This document shows positions 9,600 to 19,062 of a DNA stretch of 64,000 nt, one piece after another. Every line of letters starts with the position of its first letter. The stretch's first letter is position 1. The translations under genes and the position numbers were made by a program. Source of the stretch: Phycisphaerae bacterium (GTDB lineage: Bacteria; Planctomycetota; Phycisphaerae; UBA1845); NCBI GenBank assembly GCA_035356615.1, contig DAOQSN010000007.1, positions 56,192 through 120,191 on the forward strand, in the 5' to 3' direction. Below the pieces are notes generated by a model. The model was not told where the DNA came from and made no database searches. It worked only from the letters and a program-made list of their open reading frames with translations.

Positions 9600-9805
9600 G
9601 AGCGCTCCTGCACGTCCGCCGCCTTCGAGCCCGGACTTAGAGCCGCTGGTATACCCGCTCCGGCGGCTTGCCTACCTTCTCAGACAGCCACGCGAAGATC
9701 AAGAGGACGCCCACGCTGAGGCCAATGGGTCCCCAGAATCACGCGGCGGCCGCAAGCGGGGCCGGCGGTATTGCGGCTTGTCTGCCCGGCGCCGCGTCAA
9801 GACCG

Positions 9806-9835
9806 TCCACGTCGGCCGCGGGGGGCCGACGCTAC
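9806..9835 (+). repeat. family-C hairpin repeat TCCACGTCGGCCGCGGGGGGCCGACGCTAC
   Basis: Stem GTCGGCC/GGCCGAC with a G-rich loop. One of four copies in the window. Confidence 0.85.
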
Positions 9836-10023
9836 GGGCCCGTCAGAACGCTGCTGCGAAGCGTGCGGGCCGAAGGTACCCGCCTCGTCTTGCCGCGTCT
9901 ACCTATTGTGTCGCACGCACGGAAACCACGCGAAGCCGCCGACCACCGCGGTCTGCCCGATGGCGTGCGTTCGACCGCGGCCATCGGTATGATGTCCCCC
10001 CAACAGGGCAGGAGCACCCGACC

Positions 10024-10422
10024 ATGAGCACGCTTCAGGACCGTGAGCTATTGCAGGCGATCGTCGTTTTGGCGGCGGCCGACGGGCATCTCTCCCGCAG
10101 TGAGTGGGGAGTGATCGAGGGGCTCGCCCAACGAGCCGGCGTGGGTACCGTGTCACTCCAGGCCATGGTCGCGCGTGCCCTCGAAGACCCCCAGGTGCGA
10201 GCCGACCTCTTCCAAACGGTCCAGAAGGACCGCGAGCACTGCCTGAAGCTGCTCGTGGCCACCGCACGCATCGACGGTGCGATCAGTGCGCCGGAGCGCG
10301 GCCTGCTTGTGGACCTGGCGGGCATGCTGGGCGTGACCGGTGAGCGCTTTGAGTGTATATATAAGGAGGGCATCGGGGCGGCCGACGCGCTGCGTACCCG
10401 CCGCGGCGCGGGGGGCGCGTAG
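10024..10422 (+). CDS. TerB-like (tellurite-resistance TerB family) domain protein
   Basis: Two AADGxxSxxE/IDGxISxxE repeats typical of TerB-type helical domains. ATG at 10024. Confidence 0.55.
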   Translation: MSTLQDRELLQAIVVLAAADGHLSRSEWGVIEGLAQRAGVGTVSLQAMVARALEDPQVRADLFQTVQKDREHCLKLLVATARIDGAISAPERGLLVDLAGMLGVTGERFECIYKEGIGAADALRTRRGAGGA

Positions 10423-10958
10423 CAGCCAGATGGAAGCACGTGCCCACTATGCGGTTCAGCCGCGCGGAAACAGGTGGCGTCGAGGCCCGGGCGAGGTTCG
10501 CTCGCTCTCCGGGCGACATCAAGAGAAAGGGGAATGGTCCTACCCCCAGGGCCTGGAAGGCCCGGGCCACGCTCGTGCGACCTCCGGGCGAAGAGGACAC
10601 TCGCTGTTCGCCCGGAGGGCGCACGGTGGTTGCCAGGGACTTCGAGTCCCTGGAAGGCGCCAGGCTCCCCTCCACCCTCTTGCTGCCGCCCGGAGGGCGG
10701 ACGAAGGCTGCGGCGAACGTCGCCTGTGCGTCGAGTGCCTCGCGCGTGCTCGCTTGCCGCAGGCACACGAGTCTTCGTCGTCGGGTATACAAGCGCTGAC
10801 CGCAGGCGTGGCCGCCATCAGGGCAAATGTTCAACAACTAGTGATGAACGGTCGGCCCGCATTGGATACCGTGGAAACCGCTGCCTTTGAGGCCAGTTGC
10901 ATCGGCCGCGCGGGACGGAGGCTACTTCTTCAACAGGAAGCCAAGGGGTTCAACTTCG

Positions 10959-11621
10959 ATGCTGTGGGTCGCCAAAGAGGGTAGATACGAGGTCCTTACG
11001 GCCACCGTGGTGCTCGGCGCACTGGCGGTCGCTGCGAGCATGTGGTTCTGGCCGGCGGCTTTGCTGCCCGCGGTGGTCTGGCTGGCGGTGTTCTGGTTCT
11101 TTCGTGATCCCAAACGAGAGACCTCCGTGGCCGTCGGTGAGCTGTGTTCACCCGCCGACGGAACGGTGACCGACGTTACGCCCCTCGACCGCCACGAGGA
11201 TATCGGGGGGCCGGCCGTTCGGGTGGGCATCTTCATGAGCCTCGTCAGCGTGCACGCGAATCGGGCTCCGTGCCCCGGCCGGGTACGCACGGTAGCGCAC
11301 CGGCCGGGCGTGTTCCTCAACGCGCGCAGTGCCGATGCCGGTGGACGCAACGAGTCCAACGCCCTGCTGCTGGATCCGGACCCGCCCTTGCCGGGGCCCA
11401 TCGAGGTGCGGCAGGTGGCGGGCGTGCTCGCCCGGCGGATCGTCTGCCACGTGGCTCCAGGTGACGTGGTAGCCGCCGGGTACCGCATCGGCTTCATCAA
11501 GTTCGGTTCGCGGGCGGAGCTGGTCATTCCGCGCCTGCCCGGAACCGAAGTCCTTGTGAAGGCGGGTGACCCGGTATTCGGGGGCCTGACCGTACTGGCC
11601 CGCCAGCCGGTCGCCAAGTAG
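10959..11621 (+). CDS. psd: phosphatidylserine decarboxylase proenzyme (short type)
   Basis: N-terminal TM segments, SPADGTV, and the self-cleavage site FGSR (IKFGSRAEL). Lies directly upstream of pssA. Confidence 0.85.
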   Translation: MLWVAKEGRYEVLTATVVLGALAVAASMWFWPAALLPAVVWLAVFWFFRDPKRETSVAVGELCSPADGTVTDVTPLDRHEDIGGPAVRVGIFMSLVSVHANRAPCPGRVRTVAHRPGVFLNARSADAGGRNESNALLLDPDPPLPGPIEVRQVAGVLARRIVCHVAPGDVVAAGYRIGFIKFGSRAELVIPRLPGTEVLVKAGDPVFGGLTVLARQPVAK

Positions 11622-11632
11622 GAGTAACGGCC

Positions 11633-12577
11633 ATGCCGGTTCTTGCTCCCTTCCCTGCCGGCGATGTACCGCGCCGGCGACTGCGTCGGCTCAAGTCGAT
11701 CGCGGTGCTGCCCACACTGTTTACGTTGGGCAACCTGCTGTGCGGGTTCGCGGCCATTCACTTCTCGTTGGTGGCGACGCGTTACGTTGACACCACGGAG
11801 GGGGGTGCACTGCCGCCGCCGCTGCTCGAGCGGATGCTGCCGACGTTCCTGGCCTGCGGGGCCGGTCTGATTATACTCGGCTTGGTGCTCGATTGCCTCG
11901 ACGGGCTGGTCGCCCGCGCCACGCGGACAACGACGAACTTCGGCGGGCAGCTTGACTCGCTGGCCGATGTGGTCACGTTCGGCGTGGCACCCGCGATACT
12001 CACGATCGCGTTTGTGATGAAGGAACTCGCGCGCGAGGCCATTCTGCCTTCACCGATTAGCGCGCACCTGCTGGGACGGGTGGCGTGGATTTGCGCGGGT
12101 ATCTACGTGGCGCTGGCCGCGATCCGCCTGGCACGGTTTAACGTCGAGCACGCGGAGGTCGGCTTTGATCATCGGGTGTTTCGCGGCCTGCCCAGTCCGG
12201 CGGCGGCCGCGGTCGTGGCCGCGCTGATCATCCTCCAGGAAGCCCTGGGTCAGACCCCCAGGCAGGTCATCGCGTACATCCTGCCGTTTGTGGCCCTCGT
12301 CGTGGCGTTCCTGATGGTCAGTCGCATCCCCTACCGCCGCTTCCACCGTGTCTACCTGTTGGGCCGCAAGCCCGTGTACCAGGTCGTCGTGGTGCTGCTG
12401 GTGCTCGCGGTGTTCTGGACGTACAAGGCGCCGACGCTGGTAGCCATCGTCCTGTGGTACGCGGCCAGCGGGCCGATCGAGTTGCTGGTGCGGCGTCTGC
12501 GCGGGCAGTCGCGGGCGCCGGCGGTCGCGGCCCCAGACGCGGACGAGGCGACGCAGCGCCCGGCCGAATCGGGCTGA
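11633..12577 (+). CDS. pssA: CDP-diacylglycerol--serine O-phosphatidyltransferase
   Basis: CDP-alcohol phosphatidyltransferase motif DCLDGLVARATRTTTNFGGQLDSLADVV in a polytopic protein. Confidence 0.85.
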   Translation: MPVLAPFPAGDVPRRRLRRLKSIAVLPTLFTLGNLLCGFAAIHFSLVATRYVDTTEGGALPPPLLERMLPTFLACGAGLIILGLVLDCLDGLVARATRTTTNFGGQLDSLADVVTFGVAPAILTIAFVMKELAREAILPSPISAHLLGRVAWICAGIYVALAAIRLARFNVEHAEVGFDHRVFRGLPSPAAAAVVAALIILQEALGQTPRQVIAYILPFVALVVAFLMVSRIPYRRFHRVYLLGRKPVYQVVVVLLVLAVFWTYKAPTLVAIVLWYAASGPIELLVRRLRGQSRAPAVAAPDADEATQRPAESG

Positions 12578-12701
12578 CCCCTTCTTCACGTGCCCTACCG
12601 CCCACCAGCCGCAGGCGGTACCATGCTCCGTGGAACGTCGGCCGTCGACCGGTCTGTCGTGCTCGACGGCCGTGGCGCTTTGTTGGTCAGTGAGTTGAAG
12701 C

Positions 12702-14219
12702 ATGGTCCCAACTACGACGAACACGGAGCCCCTGCGCGTCCGTTTCGCACCGTCGCCGACGGGGTACCTGCACATCGGCGGGGCCCGGACGGTGTTGTTC
12801 AACTGGCTGCTCGCCCGTAGGGCGGGCGGGACGTTCATCCTGCGCATCGAGGACACCGACCAGACCCGCCACGTAGAGGATTCCGTCCAGAAGATTCTCG
12901 AGGACCTCCGCTGGCTGGGGTTGCACTGGGACGAGGGGCCGGAACTCGGCGGACCCTGCGGCCCCTACTTCCAGAGTGAGCGGTTGGACACCTACAACCG
13001 CTATCTGCAACAGCTTCTGGAATCGGGCCATGCCTACTACGCCCTCGAGACGCAGGAGCAGTTGCAGGCGCTGCGTGCAACGGGCGAGCGCACGACCGGT
13101 GGCTTTCGCTATCGGCGCCCCGATCCCGTGCCGACGGTCGAGGAGGGTCTCGCGGCCCGGGCGGCCGGCCGGCAGATTGTCGTCCGCTTCAAGATGCCTG
13201 AAGAGGACATCGTCGTGAGCGACATCATCCTCGGCGAGGTGCGCTTGCCGGCCGAGCAACTCGAGGACTTTGTCCTGCAGAAAGGCGACGGCTTTCCGAC
13301 GTACCATTTCGCGTGCGTCGTCGATGACGCCCTCATGCGGGTCACGCACGTGCTGCGCGGGCAGGAACACCTGATGAACACGCCCAAGCACGTGGCCTTG
13401 CAGCGGGCGCTGGGCTTTCCCACGCCGGTGTATGCGCATCTGCCGGTGATCTTCAACCTCGACGGCTCCAAGATGAGCAAACGCGACAAGGAGAAGGCCC
13501 TGGCGCGCGGCGAGGCCCCACCGGAGATCGACGTGCACGACTTCCGCGTGGCCGGCTACCTGCCTGAGGCGCTGGTCAACTTCATCTCGCTGCTCGGCTG
13601 GTCGCCGGGCGAGGACCGCGAGAAGCTCACCCTCGATGAGACGGTGGCTCTGTTCAGCATCGACCGCGTCGGCAAGACCAACGCCCGCTTCGACCGGGAG
13701 AAGCTGCTGGCGTTCAACACGGACTGGGCCACACGCGTGACACCGCCGCGGTTGCTGGAGGCCCTCAGGGATTTTCTGGCGGTCAACCCCGATGTGCCGT
13801 CCGCCATGCGCGAGGCCGCAGAGGAGACACTCGCGGAAGTGCTGCGGGTCTGCACCGGGTTCCGGACGTTCCCCGACGTGATCCGCAAAGCCGGCTTCCT
13901 CTTCGTCCCCGACGAGGCCATCGTTTACGACGACAAGGCCGTCAAGAAGGTCCTCGCCAAGAACGAAGGCGAGGGCTACGCGGTGCTGCGTAAGCTGCTG
14001 CCCGCGCTCGCCGATTTGGCGGACTGGTCAGCCGCCGGCGTCGAGGCGTTCCTCCAGCACACATGTTCCGACAGAAACGTGCAGCTCGGTAAGATCGCCC
14101 AGCCGCTGCGCGTGGCCGTCAGTGGCACGACCATCAGCCCGTCGATCCATGAAACCTTGGCGCTGCTGGGTAAGGCGCGGACGATCACGCGTATAGAGCG
14201 GTGCTTACAGAGCGTCTGA
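12702..14219 (+). CDS. gltX: glutamate--tRNA ligase
   Basis: Class I HIGH (PTGYLHIGG) and KMSKS (KMSKRD) motifs with a GluRS-type body. Confidence 0.95.
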   Translation: MVPTTTNTEPLRVRFAPSPTGYLHIGGARTVLFNWLLARRAGGTFILRIEDTDQTRHVEDSVQKILEDLRWLGLHWDEGPELGGPCGPYFQSERLDTYNRYLQQLLESGHAYYALETQEQLQALRATGERTTGGFRYRRPDPVPTVEEGLAARAAGRQIVVRFKMPEEDIVVSDIILGEVRLPAEQLEDFVLQKGDGFPTYHFACVVDDALMRVTHVLRGQEHLMNTPKHVALQRALGFPTPVYAHLPVIFNLDGSKMSKRDKEKALARGEAPPEIDVHDFRVAGYLPEALVNFISLLGWSPGEDREKLTLDETVALFSIDRVGKTNARFDREKLLAFNTDWATRVTPPRLLEALRDFLAVNPDVPSAMREAAEETLAEVLRVCTGFRTFPDVIRKAGFLFVPDEAIVYDDKAVKKVLAKNEGEGYAVLRKLLPALADLADWSAAGVEAFLQHTCSDRNVQLGKIAQPLRVAVSGTTISPSIHETLALLGKARTITRIERCLQSV

Positions 14220-14275
14220 TGGCACGTCTGTAAGAGGGCCGTTCAAAGAGGGCCGCGTAGGAGGGCCGTACGGAA

Positions 14276-14316
14276 CCCCTCTCCCTTGCAGGGAGAGGGG
14301 TAGGGGTGAGGGTCGA
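14276..14316 (+). repeat. family-B hairpin repeat CCCCTCTCCC...GGGAGAGGGGTAGGGGTGAGGGTCGA
   Basis: 11-bp stem CCCCTCTCCCT/AGGGAGAGGGG. Preceded by three GAGGGCCG motifs at 14234, 14248 and 14261. Confidence 0.85.
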
Positions 14317-14363
14317 GGAGCCGGGGCCGCACGTCCGTGGGAGAAGCGTACCGACCCAGGCGT

Positions 14364-14387
14364 GCTGTCGCGGGGAAGCATGGCGCC
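14364..14387 (+). repeat. family-E repeat (GCTGTCGCGGGGAAGCATGGCGCC)
   Basis: Related copies at 28305-28337 and 59871-59902. Confidence 0.7.
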
Positions 14388-14453
14388 GGTGCTGCGGAAT
14401 GCGCTGAGTGCATGCAGACCCATGTCGCCTGCGTGACCCAACGCACACCGTAC

Positions 14454-14476
14454 CCCTCGCTTCCGCTCGGGCTCGA
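14454..14476 (-). repeat. family-D repeat (reverse complement of CGAGCCCGAGCGGAAGCGAGGGG)
   Basis: Related copies at 15235-15258 and 47399-47425. Confidence 0.75.
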
Positions 14477-14509
14477 ATGGTGGCGGCCGCAGTGGTGGGA
14501 GAGACGATC

Positions 14510-15142
14510 ATGGCCGCGAAGCAGACCGGCTATCGCATTGAGGACGCCCGCGGGCGCACGGTTCGCCAGCTTGACCCGGTCTCGCTGCTGGTGCGGCACT
14601 GCGAGCGGCCCATCGAGGTCGACACGCTGACCGCGATCGTCGAGGAACTGGAGCCGGGGACGGCTAGGCTGCGACGCTGGATGATCGTGATCGTACCGGG
14701 CTTCATTCTGCTGGTGGTAGTCGGCGTCGCCGCGCTCTACTGGGTCGAGGACGCCGGCGGGCGGGCAGACCTGATCAGCACGTTGCTCAACCCCGCGATC
14801 TCGGTGCCGGGCTTGATTGCCGGCGTTTTCACGCCGTGGTTCGCCGCCCGGCAGGCGCGGGCGCAGCGCATCCGCTTCGCCATGCTCAAGCATCGCCGGT
14901 GCCCGCATTGCGGGTATGACCTGCGCGGTTCATACCCTGACCCGAGCGACGCGGCCACGGTCTGCCCCGAGTGTGGTTGTGCCTGGCTGATTGACGACGA
15001 GGCGCTGGCAAAGGGCCTCGCGGCGGCGCTACCCTTTGGCGGGCAGCCGCGCAGCAGGCGAAGCGTTGCGTTGGTCATGGGACTGTTGGTAGGACTGACG
15101 TTGCTGGCGGTACTGGGGACTATCGTGTTCATGATGAGGTAA
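14510..15142 (+). CDS. membrane protein with CPxCGYDLRG...CPECG zinc ribbon
   Basis: TM segments flank RCPHCGYDLRGSYPDPSDAATVCPECGCAW. GGGAGAG upstream of the ATG at 14510. The track start at 14408 reads through repeats. Confidence 0.55.
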   Translation: MAAKQTGYRIEDARGRTVRQLDPVSLLVRHCERPIEVDTLTAIVEELEPGTARLRRWMIVIVPGFILLVVVGVAALYWVEDAGGRADLISTLLNPAISVPGLIAGVFTPWFAARQARAQRIRFAMLKHRRCPHCGYDLRGSYPDPSDAATVCPECGCAWLIDDEALAKGLAAALPFGGQPRSRRSVALVMGLLVGLTLLAVLGTIVFMMR

Positions 15143-15234
15143 CAGTGGGCAGCCCGGTCCTCCGTAGATGTGCCAACGCTGTGTCGACAGCGGTGTGAGC
15201 CGGTAGGTTGGGTCCGTGACTTGTCGCACGACTG

Positions 15235-15258
15235 CCCCTCGCTCCCGCTCGGGCTCGG
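15235..15258 (-). repeat. family-D repeat (CCCCTCGCTCCCGCTCGGGCTCGG)
   Basis: Near-identical to the reverse complement of 47402-47425. Confidence 0.8.
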
Positions 15259-15292
15259 AACGTGGTGGTTGTCTGCAACTGACGGTGAAGCG

Positions 15293-16201
15293 ATGTTCGG
15301 ACACGAATGCCCGGTTTGCCGGCAGCCGATCTCGCACGTGAAGCTGTTCTGCACCAGCGCCTTCGGCCGGTTCCGGTGCAGAACCTGCGGCTCACTGCTG
15401 GGCGTGAACGTCCCGTGGCGTTTCATGGTCGTTCTCGTACCCGCCGCCGGGCTGGCCCTGCTCTTCCGACTGGTCGAAGGCAACGCCGCTGCCGCCGGTT
15501 GGGGTTGGGTCGTCGGCGGGCTTGTCGGATTGCTGGGGCTGATCCTGTTCTTCGATCGCGCCAAGGCCTATGAACGGTGCGCGGTGCGTTGCCCCAAGTG
15601 CGGCTACGATCTGCGGGGGCAGGTGGTGGACCGCTGTCCGGAGTGCGGGGAGGAGAAGGTGCTGGCAGTGGTGCCGCTGCCGGTGCCGTCGGACCCATCG
15701 AGACGCCGGGGCATGATCTTGCTGCTCATTCTGGTGGGCATGCTCGCGCTGACCGTGGGCATGATGGTTGCGAAAGTGCAGCGTCAGAAGGCCGCCACGG
15801 CCCGTCGCGTCAATGCACCACCCCGGCCCCGAAGGCTTATGCCTTCGGAGGTTCCGGCTGACCTTGCCGAGAAGCTGGAGCGTATCTACCAAGCCGTGAG
15901 CGTCTATCGGCGTGACCTGGGCCGCTGGCCGGACGACGTTCAGGCCCTGGTCGGATACGCGTTGCCCAACGATTTCGTCATGCCCGCGCGGCTTACGTAC
16001 CGAGCGGTCCCGCAAGACACGCCCGGCCCCGTGGATTGGGTGCTGGTCATTTCGGAGCCGCTCAACTACGACCGCAGCGGAGAACGGCTCCCGACCCCCC
16101 ACCGCCTGATCCTGCGGCTCAGCGGAAACATCGAGTTCCTTCCCGCAGCCGCGGCGGAGGAACTCGTCCCCGATGCACCCGCCGTACCGGCGGAGCCTTA
16201 G
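15293..16201 (+). CDS. membrane protein with two zinc ribbons, including CPKCGYDLRG...CPECG (paralog-like to 14510-15142)
   Basis: CPVCRQP...CRTCG, then TM segments, then RCPKCGYDLRGQVVDRCPECG, then a TM segment and a soluble C-terminal domain. The ATG at 15293 lies after the repeat. Confidence 0.55.
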   Translation: MFGHECPVCRQPISHVKLFCTSAFGRFRCRTCGSLLGVNVPWRFMVVLVPAAGLALLFRLVEGNAAAAGWGWVVGGLVGLLGLILFFDRAKAYERCAVRCPKCGYDLRGQVVDRCPECGEEKVLAVVPLPVPSDPSRRRGMILLLILVGMLALTVGMMVAKVQRQKAATARRVNAPPRPRRLMPSEVPADLAEKLERIYQAVSVYRRDLGRWPDDVQALVGYALPNDFVMPARLTYRAVPQDTPGPVDWVLVISEPLNYDRSGERLPTPHRLILRLSGNIEFLPAAAAEELVPDAPAVPAEP

Positions 16202-16528
16202 GTCGGATCCCCAAACCGTTGCCGTTCCATACGGTGCCCAGGACAACCACCAGGACGCCAACGCCTACAAAGACCTCTTCGTACTATTGACGCTCGGCCT
16301 CTTCCCGGACCGCGAGGATTCCCTGGCACCGGCGTCCCGCCGATGGCCCCACGGTCGAGACGCCCGGGCCGCGCTTTGGGCTGCGGGCAACACCGGCGGT
16401 GGGTCTTCGTAGCGCCTACCGCGGGCGCCGGACTGCCCGACCCGATAGGCTCCCCCGGGGAACGCCTAGGGGGGGCCTGCGCCGGGGGAGTTGAGGTAAG
16501 GGCCCCGGTTCCGGATAATGGAGCCCCA

Positions 16529-17617
16529 ATGGGTACCATCAAGACTACTGCGTCCGGCACGACGGACCCCCGCGGGGCGCGTCCGGCGGTTGACACTTCG
16601 GGGCCGGCCGCCTCCCCCTCAGGCACGGCTGGGCGTTCCGCGGGCATCCTTGCCCGTGGCCAGACCGTCCTGCACATGGAAGCCAACGCCATCCTCGATG
16701 CCCGCGGCCGGCTGGGTGACAACTTCATCGAGGCGGTCGAGACGATCATCGCGTGTCGCGGGCGGGTGTGCGTGACGGGGGTGGGTAAGGCCGGGCTGAT
16801 CGGGGCCAAGATTCAGGCGACCCTTGCCAGCACGGGCACGCTTTCGTACTCCCTGCACCCGGTCGAAGCCCTGCACGGCGACCTGGGCATGATCCACGCC
16901 GACGACGTGGTGCTCGCGCTCAGCAAGAGCGGCGGTAGCGAGCTGGTGGAACTGCTGCCGCGCCTGCGGCAACTGGGCTGCCGGATCATCCTGCTGACCG
17001 CGGCCCCCGACTCACCGGCCGCCCGACAGGCGGACGTCGTGCTGGACATCGGCCGATCGGAAGAGGCGTGTCCGCTGGGCCTGGCGCCGAGCTCCTCGAC
17101 GACGGCCATGCTCGCCCTCGGCGATGCCCTGGCTCTGACCGTCATGGAATTGAAGGACATCCGGCCGGAGCAGTACGCCCGCTACCACCCCGGCGGGGCC
17201 CTAGGGCGGTACCTGATGAAGGCGGGCGAGATCATGCGTACCGGGGCGGATTGCCCCACGGTGTCCGAGGAGGCGACGCTGGGGACATGCTACGAAGTCA
17301 TGCTGGCGGCCCCGCGGCGGGCGGGGGCGGCCATGGTCGTGGATGCGGCCGGGCACCTCGTGGGCATCGTCACACACGGCGACTTCTTCCGGTTGTTCAC
17401 GCGGGGGCAGGCCGGGGCCGGGCGACAGGTGGCGTCGGTAATGACCCGCAATCCCAAGTGCGTGCGCGTCGATGAGAGGGTCATGGCCGCCTTGCAGCTT
17501 ATGCGGCAGCACGCCATCGACGAACTTCCGGTCGTGGACGCCGAGGGCAACCTGGCCGGCATGATCGACATTCAGGACCTGCTGGCCCGCGGCTTCTCGC
17601 TGTTTGACAACCGCTGA
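16529..17617 (+). CDS. KpsF/GutQ-family arabinose-5-phosphate isomerase (SIS + tandem CBS)
   Basis: SIS motif VCVTGVGKAGLIGAKI and a C-terminal CBS pair. GGAG lies 8 nt upstream of the ATG at 16529. Confidence 0.85.
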   Translation: MGTIKTTASGTTDPRGARPAVDTSGPAASPSGTAGRSAGILARGQTVLHMEANAILDARGRLGDNFIEAVETIIACRGRVCVTGVGKAGLIGAKIQATLASTGTLSYSLHPVEALHGDLGMIHADDVVLALSKSGGSELVELLPRLRQLGCRIILLTAAPDSPAARQADVVLDIGRSEEACPLGLAPSSSTTAMLALGDALALTVMELKDIRPEQYARYHPGGALGRYLMKAGEIMRTGADCPTVSEEATLGTCYEVMLAAPRRAGAAMVVDAAGHLVGIVTHGDFFRLFTRGQAGAGRQVASVMTRNPKCVRVDERVMAALQLMRQHAIDELPVVDAEGNLAGMIDIQDLLARGFSLFDNR

Positions 17618-17887
17618 GAAACGGGGAAACGGGGACGCGGCTAGTTTTGTGGAGCGGCGGCGAGTGGCACCCCGGACGCACGGAGCACACGGCGGGAAGC
17701 GAGCGATTCTTCTCCGTGTCCACTCTGCTTCCGTGGTGCTCATCTTTGCAGGCAGGCGCGACGCCGGTCGATGAGCACGGGCGAGCAGGCGCTGCGCGTG
17801 GTGAGGTTCGTCCGTTCGGCGACAATGGCGGTTCGGATCGCCGGCGCGGCAGCACGCAGAGTGAAGTAGCCACGAGGACAACTTGGT

Positions 17888-18604
<717 letters not shown>

Positions 18605-19062
18605 CGAACCTAGAGGCGGCGCGCGGGCGCGTGTTCCTCCTGCCAACCGTGTCTCCACGGTGTCTGCCTCTGCGGGGGAGCCGCGACACAGATGGTGCCC
18701 AGCCGCGCGTCCCTGAATCACCGCCCGCAATTGGGCACCGGCGAGCCTGATCCCGACCGTTACGGAGCGGCCTGATCCCAACGCCATTGGTGCGTGTTTG
18801 CGTACACACCTTGGGCAGCACGTTGAAGAACGACAGGACTGCACGCGACGCCCTGAGCACCGGTGCCTGTGAGGCCCTCCGCATCGCCCGGGGCGGGCGA
18901 CGCCACTGGCGCTGCCGCGCCCACCGGCAGCGCTGCGTGGCTTGGCTGGACCAGGACGAAGCTGTAACATAGCCGGGCTCGCCGCACGCTGGGCGGAGGT
19001 GCCTCTGCTCCCGGTGTCGAGGTTGGGCCACGGCGGCGCGGTTGTTCTTCCCGGGAAAGGTC

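Noticed and set aside
9637-9738. Short open frame on the minus strand just upstream of rmlC, encoding ...FWGPIGLSVGVLLIFAWLSEKVGKPPERVYQRL (possible 25-aa membrane peptide from GTG at 9714, or a relic gene 3' end).
   Set aside because: It has no ATG, is too short to evaluate for coding signal by eye, and has no recognisable family. It cannot be supported from sequence alone.
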